A stretch of 64,000 nt of DNA from Balanoglossus misakiensis (Eukaryota > Animalia > Hemichordata): assembly GCA_040954595.2 (NCBI GenBank), contig CM082583.2, positions 13,426,291-13,490,290 on the forward strand. Direction: 5' to 3'. The notes under the pieces were generated by a model that searched no databases, was not told the DNA's origin, and saw only the letters and a program-made list of their open reading frames with translations. A program made the translations under genes and the position numbers. Position 1 is the first letter of the stretch, and the number at the start of each line of letters is the position of its first letter. This document shows positions 61,401-64,000 of the stretch, one piece after another.

Positions 61401-64000
61401 AAATCCTCGATTTTTGAACATTTTCCTGAGCTATAACCCATGGTTTTTTCAAAAAATGACCAAATTTTGAAAATTCGCAAAGTCGAAAAATCCTCGATTT
61501 TTGAACATTTTCCTGAGCTATAACCCATGGTTTTTTCAAAAAATGACCAAATTTTGAAAATTCGCAAAGTCGAAAAATCCTCGACTTTTGAACATTTTCC
61601 TGAGCTATATCCCATGGTTTTTTCAAAAAATGACCAAATTTTGAAAATTCGCAAAGTCGAAAAATCCTCGATTTTTGAACATTTTCCTGAGCTATAACCC
61701 ATGGTTTTTTCAAAAAATGACCAAATTTTGAAAATTCGCAAAGTCGAAAAATCCTCGATTTTTGAACATTTTCCTGAGCTATAACCCATGGTTTTTTCAA
61801 AAAATGACCAAATTTTGAAAATTCGCAAAGTCGAAAAATCCTCGATTTTTGAACATTTTCCTGAGCTATAACCCATGGTTTTTTCAAAAAATGACCAAAT
61901 TTTGAAAATTCGCAAAGTCGAAAAATCCTCGATTTTTGAACATTTTCCTGAGCTATAACCCATGGTTTTTTCAAAAAATGACCAAATTTTGAAAATTCGC
62001 AAAGTCGAAAAATCCTCGATTTTTGAACATTTTCCTGAGCTATAACCCATGGTTTTTTCAAAAAATGACCAAATTTTGAAAATTCGCAAAGTCGAAAAAT
62101 CCTCGATTTTTGAACATTTTCCTGAGCTATAACCCATGGTTTTTTCAAAAAATGACCAAATTTTGAAAATTCGCAAAGTCGAAAAATCCTCGATTTTTGA
62201 ACATTTTCCTGAGCTATAACCCATGGTTTTTTCAAAAAATGACCAAATTTTGAAAATTCGCAAAGTCGAAAAATCCTCGATTTTTGAACATTTTCCTGAG
62301 CTATAACCCATGGTTTTTTCAAAAAATGACCAAATTTTGAAAATTCGCAAAGTCGAAAAATCCTCGATTTTTGAACATTTTCCTGAGCTATAACCCATGG
62401 TTTTTTCAAAAAATGACCAAATTTTGAAAATTCGCAAAGTCGAAAAATCCTCGATTTTTGAACATTTTCCTGAGCTATAACCCATGGTTTTTTCAAAAAA
62501 TGACCAAATTTTGAAAATTCGCAAAGTCGAAAAATCCTCGATTTTTGAACATTTTCCTGAGCTATAACCCATGGTTTTTTCAAAAAATGACCAAATTTTG
62601 AAAATTCGCAAAGTCGAAAAATCCTCGATTTTTGAACATTTTCCTGAGCTATAACCCATGGTTTTTTCAAAAAATGACCAAATTTTGAAAATTCGCAAAG
62701 TCGAAAAATCCTCGATTTTTGAACATTTTCCTGAGCTATAACCCATGGTTTTTTCAAAAAATGACCAAATTTTGAAAATTCGCAAAGTCGAAAAATCCTC
62801 GATTTTTGAACATTTTCCTGAGCTATAACCCATGGTTTTTTCAAAAAATGACCAAATTTTGAAAATTCGCAAAGTCGAAAAATCCTCGATTTTTGAACAT
62901 TTTCCTGAGCTATAACCCATGGTTTTTTCAAAAAATGACCAAATTTTGAAAATTCGCAAAGTCGAAAAATCCTCGATTTTTGAACATTTTCCTGAGCTAT
63001 AACCCATGGTTTTTTCAAAAAATGACCAAATTTTGAAAATTCGCAAAGTCGAAAAATCCTCGATTTTTGAACATTTTCCTGAGCTATAACCCATGGTTTT
63101 TTCAAAAAATGACCAAATTTTGAAAATTCGCAAAGTCGAAAAATCCTCGATTTTTGAACATTTTCCTGAGCTATAACCCATGGTTTTTTCAAAAAATGAC
63201 CAAATTTTGAAAATTCGCAAAGTCGAAAAATCCTCGATTTTTGAACATTTTCCTGAGCTATAACCCATGGTTTTTTCAAAAAATGACCAAATTTTGAAAA
63301 TTCGCAAAGTCGAAAAATCCTCGATTTTTGAACATTTTCCTGAGCTATAACCCATGGTTTTTTCAAAAAATGACCAAATTTTGAAAATTCGCAAAGTCGA
63401 AAAATCCTCGATTTTTGAACATTTTCCTGAGCTATAACCCATGGTTTTTTCAAAAAATGACCAAATTTTGAAAATTCGCAAAGTCGAAAAATCCTCGATT
63501 TTTGAACATTTTCCTGAGCTATAACCCATGGTTTTTTCAAAAAATGACCAAATTTTGAAAATTCGCAAAGTCGAAAAATCCTCGATTTTTGAACATTTTC
63601 CTGAGCTATAACCCATGGTTTTTTCAAAAAATGACCAAATTTTGAAAATTCGCAAAGTCGAAAAATCCTCGATTTTTGAACATTTTCCTGAGCTATAACC
63701 CATGGTTTTTTCAAAAAATGACCAAATTTTGAAAATTCGCAAAGTCGAAAAATCCTCGATTTTTGAACATTTTCCTGAGCTATAACCCATGGTTTTTTCA
63801 AAAAATGACCAAATTTTGAAAATTCGCAAAGTCGAAAAATCCTCGATTTTTGAACATTTTCCTGAGCTATAACCCATGGTTTTTTCAAAAAATGACCAAA
63901 TTTTGAAAATTCGCAAAGTCGAAAAATCCTCGATTTTTGAACATTTTCCTGAGCTATAACCCATGGTTTTTTCAAAAAATGACCAAATTTTGAAAATTCG
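55421..64000. repeat. 87-bp tandem satellite array, about 98.6 monomers, running off the window end
   Basis: Monomer tgagctataacccatggttttttcaaaaaatgaccaaattttgaaaattcgcaaagtcgaaaaatcctcgatttttgaacattttcc (27/87 GC) is repeated near-perfectly. Confidence 0.99.

Noticed and set aside
57757-61585. Strict 44-mer higher-order repeat
   Set aside because: The double variant recurs after 44 monomers, but the neighbouring GGTG variants do not recur at the same offset.
55162-63975. ORFs of up to 2404 aa over the repeat as real protein-coding genes
   Set aside because: They are translations of an 87-bp satellite: two frames are equally open, frames switch at indels, and there is no unique N- or C-terminus or codon-position bias.
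55055-64000. CRISPR array or telomeric repeat
   Set aside because: There are no unique spacers, the context is eukaryotic, and there is no TTAGGG-type unit.

Overview
AT-rich, CpG-depleted, intron-rich animal DNA; the gene content and MITE style suggest an invertebrate bilaterian, possibly a deuterostome, but the species cannot be established. It has three blocks. (1) A complete basonuclin/disco-family C2H2 zinc-finger gene (BNC2-like) on the minus strand: 4 coding exons, about 1104 aa, 2763-26300. (2) A complete centlein (CNTLN) gene on the plus strand: 34 coding exons reconstructed by hand with consistent GT-AG phases, about 1290 aa, 26890-54280. The two genes lie head-to-head, with start codons 589 bp apart in the only CpG-rich island of the window; human BNC2 and CNTLN have the same divergent arrangement. 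(3) A very homogeneous 87-bp satellite from 55055 to the window end (about 103 monomers), with a short inverted block at its edge. The giant ORFs over the satellite are most likely artefacts of its 29-codon period. The introns contain small hairpin/TIR insertion elements. I found no convincing wholly new biological system. The best leads are the compact BNC-CNTLN bidirectional pair, the satellite edge (inversion junction, divergence gradient, dyad-rich monomer) and a 75-bp hairpin element with a 10-bp target duplication.
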